In this document: piece after piece, positions 12,955 through 24,989 of the stretch
Layout of the letters: every line of letters begins with the position of its first letter
How positions within the stretch are numbered: the first letter of the stretch is position 1
Assembly: GCF_009834535.1 (NCBI RefSeq)
Contig: NC_045697.1
Coordinates: forward strand, 684,001 to 748,000
Length of the DNA: 64,000 nucleotides
Origin: Camelus ferus
Lineage: Eukaryota
Direction: 5' to 3'
Notes under the pieces: model-generated
Told to the model about the DNA's origin: nothing
Seen by the model: the letters and a program-made list of their open reading frames with translations, nothing else
Database searches by the model: none
Translations under genes and position numbers: made by a program

Positions 12955-14539
12955 ACAGCAAAGGGCCTGCTGGCGGCTTAGTCGGCCCTGCTGCTCCCTG
13001 CTGGGGCTGGAAGAGTGAGGGATGGCCCAGAACGGTGCGGGGAGCGGCGGCCAGGGACCATCAAGGCCGCCCAGCTGACAGCTGGCTGGCTGGCCCCCGC
13101 TGTGCCCTCCGATCCCCAGCTGTCCCTCTGCTCCTGCGGTCTGACGGGGTGGCCTGGGGTCCACAACTGCGCAGTTTGGGAGGGTAGGGGACGAGCCACC
13201 AGACGTCCTGCGAGTGACTCAGAGACTGAGGGCTGGGGGGAGGGCAGGTGTGTGGCACCAGGTTGTCTCCCCCAGAATCCTCCTCCGGAGCCTCCACTCC
13301 AGTTCGTGTGCCTGTGGCGGACGGAGGCGCGGCCTGAGCACTTGGGGTCCTGCCTCCTCCCTGGAGGGAAGCGGCAAGGAAGAAGGGGCGTGGCGAGGGT
13401 GAGACATGGCGCGTTTCTAAGACGGAAGAGGGAGTGACGGAGTTTTTCGGGTTTTAGGTTATTGTGGGCGGGGAGGGCCAGCGCATGCCTGGGCTGAGCC
13501 TGGTAGCGGACAAATGTCATTTCAAAGAGCATGAAATTCACCCGAGCACACTCCCTCCTCCTGATCACTCGGGACGCCTCTGGTTTTCAAGGGCACCCGG
13601 GGTGAAGAGAGTCTTCAGAGAGAGGCCGGGGCCGTGTGGGCGGTGGTCCCAGGGGGGCCAGGGGCTCAGTGAGGCCTCCAAGTCAGGGCGGAGGGAGCTG
13701 TGTGATCCCGAGCGGTTTGGGAAGCCCCCCCCCCCCCGCCCCAGCCTGTTTTTACTTACCCAGCAGGGTGAGAGTGAGGCCAGGCCCCCCTGCCTGGACG
13801 AGAGTGGTGTTGACCGCCATCATCTGCCCAGCAGGCTCCAGCCTGAGCCCCAGCCCCGGGGGCCACACTGTGGCTTCCAGGCAGACCCCTGGCCCACAGC
13901 CCCCCCGCCTCTGCCCACCAAGGCGCGCCCCCGGCCGGCTGGGGCTGGCGTGTCCAGTCAACAGCTGGCTGCATGGGCTGCCCGGCCGGCTTCGTGCCAG
14001 GGCCCCCGCAGCGAGGTTTCTCCTCTGGGGGTGGCTGCATCTTCCGTGGGGCCAGAGGCAGCCCAGCGGGGCGGCCAGGTGACTCATGCCCCCAAGGGCC
14101 AGCAACTCTGTCAGTGTGGGCTGCTGGGGTGACCCCCGGGCCGCGGCCTGCCCTGCTCTGCCTGCACCCTACAGCGGGCAGGAAAGTCTGGAGTCACGGG
14201 AAGTCACAAGGGTTTTTGTGTTGTCTTGCCTTTTTGTAGATTACAGGATGTGCAGGTCTGGGTCGAGCTTCATCTGGAAGGACGGAATCACCGGGAGGGT
14301 GGGGGTGGGAAGAAGGAAGGGGCCCCCGCTGCCCAGCCCACAGCCTGCCTGAGCTGAGAGGTAAGAGAAGGACTCGGGCCTCAAGCGACCAAGAAGGACA
14401 GAGTGTTGCCTCTCCCAGCAACCCCAGGCATCGCCGCTCCGTGCTCACTCACTGTGCCCTCGGCTCACCCTGGACTTCAAGCCTCTGTGAGGGCAGGAGC
14501 AATGTTCTGTCCCTTGCACCGCTCCCTGGAAGGGGGGAC

Positions 14540-14690
14540 GGATGAGGCGTGTGTGATGGATAGAAGAGCCGTTCGGTGGACGATGGGTGGATGGATGGAG
14601 AATGTGAGGGAGAGTGGATGGGAGGATGAGAAAAAGGCAGAGTGGGCAGATGGATGGATGAATGGCCAGTGGGTGACGTGTGAATGCACC
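14540..14690. repeat. Degenerate (TGGA)n simple repeat
   Basis: Repeated ggatggatgg/gggtgg units. Confidence 0.6.
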
Positions 14691-14779
14691 TGAGCAGCTG
14701 AGCCCCGCTGTCCACCAACACACCACTGTGCTGACCATTTTGTACATGTGACCACAGCCTCAGGGGGGCGCTCGGGGCA

Positions 14780-15000
14780 ACCCAAGTCCATTTCTGTTTC
14801 CCACCCACAAACTCTTCTTTCTGGTACACTCGCCTCCCATTCTCTTCTCTCCTCAAGCTGCCAACACCCCCTTTTACTCCTTAACAGCTGACCTGATGTC
14901 CCCACCCCCCAACAGAGTAGGACAGTCGAAACAAGAGCGCCCTCCTCTTACCTTCCTACCTGCACAGCCATCTGCACACCTGCTCCCTCATGCATGCAGG
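14780..15000 (+). mobile_element. LINE-2 ORF2 relic containing copy 2 of the 80-bp repeat
   Basis: 'ttctcttctctcctcaagctgccaacacc...cagctgacctg' resembles L2 internal consensus ('ttctcctctctcctcaaacctccaacacc...cagctgatgacc'). Confidence 0.5.
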
Positions 15001-15089
15001 AGGACTCCCTGTGTTTCGGGGAGGCTGGCATCAGCTCTTTGGCACAGACTCTCACACAAATGTGTCAAATGACTGATGGAAACACAGAA

Positions 15090-15320
15090 GCAAAGGTAGG
15101 TTGATGGATTGACAGACAGCTGGTGGATGGATGGATAGACATATGGAGACGGACGGGCTTGATGGCTGGATGTGTGCATGGATGGGTGCATGGAGGAGTT
15201 GATGGACCAGGGTTGGAGGGATGGATAACTCTGTGCTTGAACGGACAAGTGGAGGAGGGCTGAGAGGATGGATGCGTGACTACACTGCGGGTTGGATGGG
15301 TGAGCAGATGGAAGAACAGA
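15090..15320. repeat. Degenerate (TGGA)n simple repeat
   Basis: tggatggatggatagac, gatggatg and related units. Confidence 0.6.
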
Positions 15321-16837
15321 TAGCCCGTGTCCGAGCAAGCTGGGCTGTCCCGGGCCCCCCAAGCCTGTGGTTTGGGCCGCACAACTGTGTCAGGGCCTCC
15401 TCCATCCTCACCCACTGCTGGACAGCCCGCGGACCACACCTGACTCGGCAGCCTGGACCGGGTGGAGGCCCCTGAGAGGGTGTGTGGGTCACTGGCCCTC
15501 CTGAGCTTTGGTCACAGGCAGAGGAGGGTGTGCATTGGGTGGCGCCCTGAGGAACAGGGGCAGACTGTGAGAGTGGGGACACAGCCCCGATCTGGACCCT
15601 CAGGACCCCCGTGCTGGCTCTGCAGGTGCAGTCCTGGACTGTCACTCTCCGGTGCTCGCCTCCTCATCCCTCACCTGCTCTCCCGCCACTGCTCTTCGCG
15701 GAGGTCCGTGCTCCCCCTGCAAGTCTCCCTCCTGTCTCCCCGCCCTGGTCTCTCTGCAGAAGTTTCAGAGGACGCCAGACCGTCTGGGGGGCTGTAGAAG
15801 AGCTATCTGGCAGTGAGCCCCTACTGTGCCCCATCTCCAGGCTAAGAGAAGAAGTCTGCCCCGTGGCCCTGCTGCCCAGGGTGAGGGGTCCCATGGGGGG
15901 GGGGTGCCTGGAGGCCGAGGGTCACGTATCACTCAAGAGAGGTGGGGACAGCCTGTCAAGGGTGACTGCGTGGCAGCCGGCAATTATGTGATTTCCGAGA
16001 GACTCATTCCAGGCCAAAGCTGCCACAGCTTCAGACCCAAACTCAGCGGCCAGGGCGCAGGAGGCACTACTGACATTTCTGCATCTGCTGGCGGTAATTG
16101 AGGTCCTGGCCCTGGACCACGGGCGCATCCCTGCTGCTGCTGCTGCAGCCCTGGCCTTCTGTCCCGCCCTCACCTACGGCTGATGGGGAGACTGAGGCCA
16201 GGCTGAGGGTAGGGGAGCCCAGGGCGGCGCCCTTCTCTGAGCAGCAACAGCCCTACCCACCCGGGTGGCTGGCCAAGCCCCTGGGAAGGTGTGTAGCCTT
16301 GTGGCCCAAAGCCCTCTGGCGACTATGCAGCCCCTCGGGCCTCCACAGTTGGAGGGCCGGCAGCCTTGGTCTGAGCTCTGAGTCTGGCTCTCCAGCCACC
16401 TTACAGCCTTACATGTAGGGTGGGGGCCCACCCCGATCCCCAGCTGGGGACACCTCACTCCCCAAGCCACAGCTTCCTTCTCTGTGCCGGGCCTGCGGGT
16501 GCTCCATCCTGGTTTGTTTGGAGAGAGACAGACCCCCCCAGCAGCCCCCTCTCCCCACTGCTATCCACCTGGCCTCCCGGGAAGTGTGTCTCCACTCCTG
16601 CTGCCTCCACCCTCCACCCTGCAGGCCACCCTGTCCTGGGAGCTCTCGGCTCAGGCCTGGCCCCCAAGACCTCCTCTGCCACGCCCCAGGGACCTCCCAC
16701 CCCATGGCCTCTGACTCCTGGGACCCGCCCTGGCTGGCCACGCGCTCCTTCTACGACTGAAGAGCACGCTCTCCTCCTGACCGCCTCCTCGTCTGGGGCT
16801 TCTCAGCCTCAGTCCCGGGCCCCCACGCAGCATGACC

Positions 16838-16965
16838 GAGTGTGCAGATGGGGTGCACGTGTGTTCGTGTATGCGCCCCACGTGCTCCTGTGTGCTGCTC
16901 CCACGTCTGCGTTCACGTGTTCACACACACAGGTGTGCAGTGTATGAGCGCGTGCGCATGTGAGC
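16838..16965. repeat. Degenerate (TG)n/(CA)n low-complexity tract
   Basis: gtgtgc/cacgtgtg/cacacac units. Confidence 0.55.
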
Positions 16966-17479
16966 TCACCCACTGGAGCTGCTGCTCCCACCGCTGTCAC
17001 CAGTCAGGAGAAGGGTGGGGACAGGGGTCGGGATGGCCGGCCTCTGCTCCTGACTCTTGCCTCCCACACCTGCAACCTCCGTGGGCTCCCCTCTCCCCCG
17101 ACCCTGGCCCCCAAGCTTTTCCCCATGTCGGCAGAGCTAGTGTTGGAGACCCTCGCATGGAGCCCTGGTCTGAGGGGCCGCACCCCAGGCCCCACAGTCA
17201 CGGCCAAGTCCCCACCCCAAGGGTCTCAGGACAGAGGATAACTCTGGGCCCTGGACTGGCGCCCAGCCCCCCTCATCCCTGATAGCCGCCGGACATCCCC
17301 GTGCCAGCCACTGTGAAATGGAGTGATGGGGGCCCCTCCCCAGCTGGGGAGCGGGGTGGGTCTCAGGCAGCCCCACTCGGCGCCCCCAGGAGGCTCTTGG
17401 TTCCAGAGACGCCCCTGCCCCCAGGGAGCTGCCAGGGCTGGGGGCACGGCGGGCGGGCTGGGGCTCCACGGTGCGCAGC

Positions 17480-17650
17480 GAAGGCTATTTAAATGCTCCA
17501 TTGGAGAGGGATTAAAGTTTACGCAAGGTCACCGAGGATGTGATAATTATAATCACAGGTTTTGGCTCCACAATGACAGCCATTTGTTATTTCCGCTCGG
17601 GCGGCTCCCGCGGCCCCGAGCTGGTGACAGGCGTGGACTGATTTAGTGGC
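17480..17650. promoter_or_regulatory. Candidate enhancer island (Meis/Pbx/K50-homeodomain motifs)
   Basis: GGATTA 17509-17514, near-palindrome TGTGATAATTATAATCACA 17539-17557, TGACAG at 17574 and 17625, TGATTTAG 17639-17646. Confidence 0.45.
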
Positions 17651-18559
17651 CCGAGCCCGCGCCCCTCCCTCCCACTGCGGCGCCCACAGCCCCCACTGCT
17701 GGGGGCGACCACAGGGGCTCCACCCCCAGGGGCCGGGCTTATTATGGGATGGGAAGGACTATGGCAGCTGAGGGAGGGGTGATGGAGGCGGAGCAGAGAG
17801 AGGGCAGGGCTGGGGCCGGGTGGGGTCCCCAGCGGGGAGTGGGGACGGCAGCTGCACAAACCCGTTGGTCCTGGGGTCTCTTCCTCTACAGAGCGGGGCT
17901 GCGCTGTGCCTGAGGCTCCTGGCTCTGGGGTTGGTCTCCTTACAGCATCCGTCTTTCTCGGCCACACTAAGAAGTCAACAGCGGCCCTTGTGCTGGCAGG
18001 AAGGGTCTGCCCACTCCTCGCTGTCTCCAGCTGCAGTGTATGCTTGGATTACTTCCGTGTTCCCCTGGAAGGGAGTCCACTTCTCCCGAGGAAAGAGTCT
18101 TCCCTGTGAATACCTGACAGAGGCCCAGGGCACAGCTCTCTCCAGCTGGACCTCCATCCGTCTCCTGACCTGGAGGCCACAGGGCCCCTGGGAGGGGAGG
18201 CAGGGCCAGGCTCCCTTCCTGGGCTGTGTGTTCGGAGCAGAGCCAGGAGCTCGCCTCCACTGGGGTTCCCTAACCCCTGTACCACCCGGGCTGAGATGGC
18301 CTCAGCACGTAGCACCAGGCTGGCCAGGCGAGTGCCCTGGGCTGAGATCTGCCCAGAGTGGGGCCCTGGGGGTGGGACCCTTGCTGGCATGGGCCCCTCT
18401 GTTTCCTCCTCTGTTCTGAGATGACTGTGATGAAGGACAGTCAGGGAGAGCTGGCCTGGCTTGGGTCCCTGGGGCTCTGCCAGGGCAGAGAGGGGGGCCC
18501 TGCAGCCTGCTCATAACCCGTCTGCCTTCTGCCTGTTGCTGCCCCAGGGTTGATGCAGC

Positions 18560-18690
18560 TTTTTGTTTGTTTTCGCAATCAGAGGTGAGAGCACTTTAAT
18601 ATATATTAAATGGTGATAAATAGGTGTCCGGGCACCCGGCCTGATGAGGCATTTGTCTTGGAGGAAGTGAAGATTGATACCTCACAGGCA
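18560..18690. promoter_or_regulatory. Candidate enhancer island with AT palindrome
   Basis: Perfect 16-bp palindrome TTTAATATATATTAAA (18595-18610), TGATAA, TGTTTG and an ETS/IRF-like GAGGAAGTGAA. Confidence 0.35.
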
Positions 18691-21119
18691 GCGTGAACGT
18701 CACACCAAAGCCCGCCTCGGGGACTGTGTCTGGGAACACTTTTCTCCGGTGTGCCTCAAGGGCCCAGCCTCCCCACCGCAGACCCACGTGGCCAGAGAGC
18801 CCTGTCCCTGGCCCTGGTCCGAGCTCGCCAGGCTTCCGCTCTCACTCCACACGGCTGAGTCAACTCCTGGCGGGGGTGGGTGGGGGGCCTGGACCCTTGA
18901 CCACGGCCCTGGGCAGCTGGGGGCAGCTGACGCCCTGTCCCTCACCCAGCCTGGTCAGTGGAGTCTCCCTGTAGCCTCCCTGCTGCCCCCAGGTGGTACC
19001 TTCTGCTTGCTCCCATCCCCACCCACCACAGAGGGACACCTGCCAACCCTCTTCAGACTCAGTGCGTCCCTCCAGAGTCCTGGGGCCACTGCCCGAAGTT
19101 GGGCCTGCCTGGGGCCCCACCTGCCCCCTTCCTGACCCCTCTGGACGCCTGACCAGACAGGTGGCCTGGTCCCCCCACCGGCCTCCTGCTGCATCTGATT
19201 GGGCCAGCTGAGGTCACGTGCATGGTCCAGCCAATCCCCTGACCAGGGCCTTGTTCCCTCCTTGACTTGGCCCAGTCAGGCTCCACATTTGGAGCAGGGC
19301 AATGACTTTTGGTTTTTAGGGGATGGGCAGGAGCCTTTTTACCTCTGCCCTCCCAGACTTCTGCCCTCCTTGGCCTCTGACCTCCCTGACCTTTGTCCTC
19401 CCTGGCCCTTTCCCTTCCAACTCCCTGCCCTCTGGGGTGGCAGCCATGCACAGAGTGGCTGGAGGGGGCCCCAGGCCCCTGCCTGGGGTCTGGCCGGATG
19501 CCCAGCTGGGTCAGCATGAGGATGAGGCCCAGGGGCTTCTGGTTGCTCTGTGGCCCCCCCTGCTCTGGGCCCCTCCTACTGTCCCCCAGGAGTGGGGACC
19601 CCTCCGCCTTTGGGCAGCCCTCCCTGCATGGAGACATAGCCCTCCAGCCCGTGTCTGTGCATGAGGTCCAGCAGGGCCTGGTGGGGGAGCAGGGGGAGAG
19701 GCTGCTGTGTCCCAGGGCCTGACCTCCGAGCCACAGGGAGCCGGGGAGTCACTGCTGGGAGAGGGGAGCCTGCAGTTCGAATTCCAGGGCAAAATCCCCC
19801 TTTTCATTCTGTTTCTCCGGCCTGGGCCCACAGGTTCAGCCACTGCCATTAGACATGTCTGGGCACCTACCTGGCAGTGGCCTCACAGGCCAGGACCCAC
19901 CTCCACCCTCTCCCTCCTGCTACAAAATATGTAAATGCCATGCACTTCCGTGTGCAACGTGATGAACCTCCTCTGTCGCCTCCAGAGAAAAATCCTTTCT
20001 GGGGAGGCAATGGCTGCGTGCCCGATGCCCTCTGGTGTAGCGCTCACCGCCCCGCCCCCGCAAAACTGATGGACACCCCTGAGAGGTGTCAAGCCTCCCT
20101 CTCCCCTCAGTTAATCAAATGAAGTAGTTTTAGTTAAAACGCCCCTAGAGCTTTCAAAGACGGCCAGAGCGTTCTCTACACCGCGGGTGACCGTCCACGG
20201 GAGCAGGGCTGGCTTCTGGGGCTGAGGCAGCTCCCTGGCTAAAGGCCCTCTCTGTCCCCCCCAGAAGCCGAGGCCCTCGTGGCTCCATCCCCTGGGAAGC
20301 CTGGCTGGGCCTGGCTGCTCCACTCTGGGCCGGCACGGCCCCAGAACACACCCCCAAGGCCCCGGCAGCCTCAACTGCGCAGGGGGGGCAGGGCCTGGAG
20401 CCCACTTTGGGTGCTGACCGATGGCGGGCACTCGAGACATGCCTCTGCTCACAGAGAGACTTCAGGCCCAACCTTCTCCCCGAGGGGTGCTCACACGGGA
20501 AGACAGAGGGGCAGCAGACTGGGAAGCCTGGGGGTCCCAAGTGGAGCAGGAGGAGGCTGGCTGCTGGGGTCAGGATGGGCTTCTGAGCCGGGTGCCGGTT
20601 GGGTTCTAGCCTGGGCGGTTCCCAGGCACCACCCTCACCCATATAATAGGGGTGGGAACTGGCCGCCCTCCTGGGCCTCAGGATTGTTGGACTGACAAGC
20701 TACACGCCACAGCCTGGGCAGTGGCTGGAACATGTGTCTGTGGGCTCAAGGGGGCCAGCTGGGGTCAGAAGGGCTCCAAAGAGGAGCTGACTTGCAAGAT
20801 TTGCCCTGAAAATGGGGTATGGTGCCCCAGGACACCGACTCAGCCAGGCAGAGGCCTCAGGTGTAGGAAAGCCCAGGGTAACGAAGCCCCAGCCGGCAGG
20901 AAGAGCTGGGGGCGGTGGGGGCAATCCCAGAGCAGCGAGGGCAGGCTCCAGGCACCGTGTCAGAGAGGGCGGGCAGGTCTGGGATGTGGGGAGGAGGTGG
21001 GGGTCAGCGGGCCCAGCACAGGACGGTGGGCCCGCTGCCTGGGAAACCAGCTCGTGGGCAGAGGCCCTGGCACCGTGGCTGGCAGGTGGGGGCTGCCTCC
21101 TCCTCCGTGGCCTTAGGGT

Positions 21120-21720
21120 GTTTCCTCTGACGTTGTCCGTTCTTCACTTCTTATCTTTTAGGAGCTTTTTCTTTCTAAGGATGTTAGCTTTTCATCTCTC
21201 AGTTGTGTTGTAAATACTCCCCCACCTTGTACGCCATTTGTCCTTTCTGAAGGGGCAGATTTTGCCATTTAGAAATGCTTGATTTCATGTCGTCAACTGT
21301 ATTCATCTTCTTTCACGACCTCTGTGATTTGGGTTGCTTTACAAAGCGTCCTCCCCTCGGAGATTTTGTTTCAAGAACGTGGGAGTTTCACCTGCACTGG
21401 CTTTGATCTGGGGCGTGGGGAGGTGCTGGAGGTCACCGCACCCTCCCACCCTGAAAGGCCACTGCTGGCGTCATCGGACCTCACCCGCATGGCCTGCTCC
21501 GTGAGTTCGCCCAGCGGCTTCTGGCCCTACCGCCGGGGGCTGCGTCCCTGCAGCTCCATGACGTTTTGTGCCCCGGACACCAACATCCTTCCTCAGGGCC
21601 TGCCTGGCCTTGCTGAGCAGTTTCGCATCAGCTTGTCCACTTGTAAGCCATCCTTGGGTTGTCTGTTGGGGTGACATCAAGGGAAACCGTCTTGACCCTC
21701 CGTCCTTCTGTCCTGGGAGG
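21120..21720 (-). mobile_element. Very old LINE-1 (L1ME-like) ORF2 3' fragment
   Basis: T-rich antisense L1-like text ('ttttaggagctttttc...gttgtaaatactccccc', 'tttcgcatcagcttgtcca'). Confidence 0.55.
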
Positions 21721-21939
21721 CCTTCTCCCCAAGTCTGTTCCTCCCTCAGCAGTGAGAGCTGGACCTGCATCCTTCCCGCCAGCCTGCTCCCTTGCTGGTG
21801 GCTGGTTAGGCTTGTTCTCTGAGCCAGCCCCTTGCTGTGGGGCAGGGAGGGGGTCTGGTTCTCGCTGGAGAAGGGTCTTAGCCCCAGGACACAGCACCCA
21901 AAGTGGTCACTTCTCCCTCGAATTTAACCCTGCCGCCCT

Positions 21940-22105
21940 CACTGGGCAGCACAGACCGAGCACCAGGATTTAGCCTCTCGTGGTCCTGGAGGCTGGAAGT
22001 CGCGATCAGGCGGGTTCGCTTCTTCTCAGGCCTCTCTCCTGGGCGTGCAGACGGCGCCTCCTCCGTGTCCTCTGCGTCCTCACGTGTCCTCTTCTCTGTG
22101 CCACT
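21940..22105 (-). mobile_element. MaLR LTR fragment (MLT1A-C-like)
   Basis: 'tcctggaggctggaagtcgcgatcagg...ttctcaggcctctctcctgggcgtgcagacggc...cctcacgtgtcc' follows the antisense MLT1 LTR. Confidence 0.75.
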
Positions 22106-22453
22106 GCTGGCCAGGGCTGGAGCTTCACACACAGGGTCGGGGAGGTGCTAAGAGGCTGCCCCTCTAGAAAGGCAGCGGGCTCAGGGGTCGGCATGAGGCT
22201 GACCCGAGAGTGGATGGAGGGCAGGGGGCTGGCTGGAAGGGCAGAGGGCTCCCAGGGGAAGCTGGGGGACCTGGTGGGGGTCACTCCACCCCATCCCCTG
22301 CCCCCTGAGCTGGTGTCTCTGGCTCTGCCCGCCCTGGGCCCCCTAGGCGTGCAGCTGTGTCTCCGTGGCCTGGCCGGGATGGGTGAAGTCAGCAGGCCTG
22401 GGTCCTGCAGCACACAGCGTGGTGGGTCCTGGCCAGGCCCCGGTGCAGTGCAC

Positions 22454-22490
22454 TATATAAATGCAAATTTCCCTCCGAGTCGGGCTCACT
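22454..22490 (+). promoter_or_regulatory. TATA box overlapping an octamer motif, with Inr-like sequence downstream
   Basis: TATAAA 22456-22461, ATGCAAAT 22461-22468, CTCACT 22485-22490. Motif match only. Confidence 0.25.
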
Positions 22491-22995
22491 CACTCAACAT
22501 GCTATCCGTGCGGCACTGTCAGTCCAATTTTTCACACTTGGTGTCTCTGTTCTCTGTCTAGGGCAATCCTGTTTCCCTGGGCTGTGGCGGGTTGGCAGCT
22601 GGAAAAGTTCAGCTTTGCAGAGACACAGACAGGCCCACCCGACAGGCCCTCCACAGAGGGGCAGGGATGTACGCAGCCAGGACTGGGGATGGAGTGGCCG
22701 CCTGGGCTGAGGGGAGTTCGGGGAAAGAATGTCTCCTCCCCTGCTGCCCATTTTCCTGGCCGGGGGTGGGGGTAGGGGTCTGGGCAGATGGGGGTGGGGG
22801 AGAGGGAGGGGGTTGCTCTGTTTAGGGGCCTCCCTCCAAGACCTCGGCCACCCCTCTGGGAGCACCTGGGCCTCGGGGTCTCCCCCTGACCCCACTTGAG
22901 GGGCACAATCAGGGATCCTGGGAATCCAGTAAGACACGACTGTCCAGTGGCAGCTCCCTTGTTTCCCACTGGTCCGGAGAAGGGCGGTGCTGGGG

Positions 22996-23045
22996 GCCCA
23001 TTTTACAGGCAGGAAAACTGGGAAGGCGCGTAGCAGAGCTGAGGC
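22996..23045 (-). mobile_element. MIR fragment
   Basis: 'cccattttacaggcaggaaaactg' matches the antisense MIR core. Confidence 0.55.
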
Positions 23046-23439
23046 GCTAAGGCACCCTAGAGGAGGGCACAGGTGGGCAGAGCACAGGTGTCAGGGGTCT
23101 GGGGGCATGACCGTACTGCCCTGATGGCCTCCAGGCCACCTGCTTAGCTGTCCTCTCTAGCCGCCACCACTGCCTGTCCCCCTTCCCAGAGCTCACGGCA
23201 CCCACTCTGGGCAGGGAGACTGTTATCCTGGCGCCTGGGCCCCCCACTTCTGAGGACTGAGAGAGGCCCTGTTCCATGCGGGGGCAGGAAGAGGGTTTCA
23301 CGGCCTTGCAGGGGGCTGGGGGACTATCCAGCCGCAGACCCCAGAGGTTTGAGACCAACGCCCACCTGCCAGACCCACTCAGGGACACAGGCAGAGGATG
23401 CGGTGGGCAGGACGGCCTCAGGAGGGGCTCACACCTTCC

Positions 23440-24195
23440 AGGTGCGACTGACACAGCTCCCCGCACGTGGCGAAGGTGGGAGTGGATGTGCGGCCGCAGC
23501 GAAAGCGTTGCTGCGCGCGGGGTGCAGGACACACCCCGCGCCTCCTCCCCACCCCTCCTCTAAGCCCATCCTGGGCAACTGCCAAGGTTTTCCTGACGAC
23601 GTAGACTAACGTTCTCTTTCTAGACCTCATGCGCTGGGGCGTGTTCCTCCAGCTCCCTCCCTCGGCACCGCTGCCCTGAGGCCCCCAGGCCCAGGCACCC
23701 CACTGTCCCTGTGCACTGGGGGACGCGGGGCACAGCCGAGTCGGCGATGCCAGCATCATCAGTGGGCAGGGTAGCCCCTACACCTGGAGCTGCAGTGAGC
23801 ACACAGGCACCATCTTCACAGGGATGTGCGCTTTCGTTTTTCTGGGTAAAAGAGTGGCATGGCTGACCGTCTGCTGGCTGCACATTTGACTTTCTAAGAA
23901 ACAGCTGAGCGGTTTCTGAGCTGGTGAGGCCACTGGAAACCCCACCGGCGCTGTGGGCATCCCATACGGCCTCCCGACCCTGGGCGGGTTTGGCCAGTGC
24001 CCTCCCAGCCCGTCCAGGCCGCGTGTGGCCGCTTCTCGCCATGGCATCAATGTGCAGGTCCCTGAGGACCAGAGAGGGGTCTTTTGCACCCATGGATCTT
24101 CTCTGGTAAAATTTTAAAAGTCCACTCAAATCCCCTGCCCGTTTTTAATTGGGTTGTTTGTCTTCTTAGTATTAAGTTGTAAGAGATCTTTTTCC
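23440..24195 (-). mobile_element. Old LINE-1 3' region (L1MB/ME-like), strongly GC-shifted
   Basis: 'gctttcgtttttctgggtaaaagagtggcatggctg...tttgactttctaagaaacagc' and 'tttttaattgggttgtttgtcttctt' are antisense L1 3' landmarks. Confidence 0.65.
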
Positions 24196-24430
24196 CCTGT
24201 TTTTAAAAATTGAGATATAATTCATGTAACGTAAAACTCTCCGTTTTAAAGTGTGCAGCTCTGTGACTTTGTAGTATACGCCCAAGGTCATACAACTGTC
24301 ACCACCACCCAGTTCCAGACATTTTCATTGTCCTAAAAGGAAACCCATTAGTGGTCACCCGCCCTGCAGCCTGGACCCACTAACCAGCTGTCTCTCTGGC
24401 TTGGTTTCTGACACTCACAGAGATACAACC
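24196..24430 (-). mobile_element. LINE-1 3' terminus (L1MB-like) adjoining the previous L1
   Basis: 'aattgagatataattcatgtaacgtaaaactctccgttttaaagtgtgcag...ttccagacattttcatt' is a typical antisense L1MB 3' end. Confidence 0.8.
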
Positions 24431-24989
24431 TGCTGTACCTGAAAAGGTCTGTCCTGTTTCACTGGGCACCTGGGTGGCCCTGGGACATCCAGGCCTCAAG
24501 GCTGTGGGCTGGGAGGCGGCCTGGGGGCCACGGGCCTGGAGGTGGTTGTGTCTGGCCCAGAGCCAGCAGACAGGCTCTCATGGGGGTACCCCTCCAGCTC
24601 CCTGTGCTGGGGGAGGCTCAAGTGACTTTTGTGGGTTGTTTATTAGTGGGGTGAGTTGGGGAGGGTGCCTTGGAGCACAGAGCACTGAAAGTTGGGGGAA
24701 CGGTGGAGGGGAAGGGGGCAGGGCGTTGTGTCGGGGAGGGTTGGGTGGGGGAGGGCAGCGAGAGGCAGGGGGAGATGGGGTGTGTGGCAGTTTTCAGAGC
24801 TCTGCTGCTCCAAACCTGGACCGTGAGGCAAAGGGCACTGACCGCCCCAGGGCCTGTTGGAGTGTCACTCCTGGACCGGAGTCTGGTGACCTTCACCTTG
24901 ACAGGCAGCAAGAGAGGGCGGGGGTCTCCTCTGCAGGGCACAGACCCCACCCCTGCCTACCCCCGGCCTGATTCACAGGGTGTCCTGCT

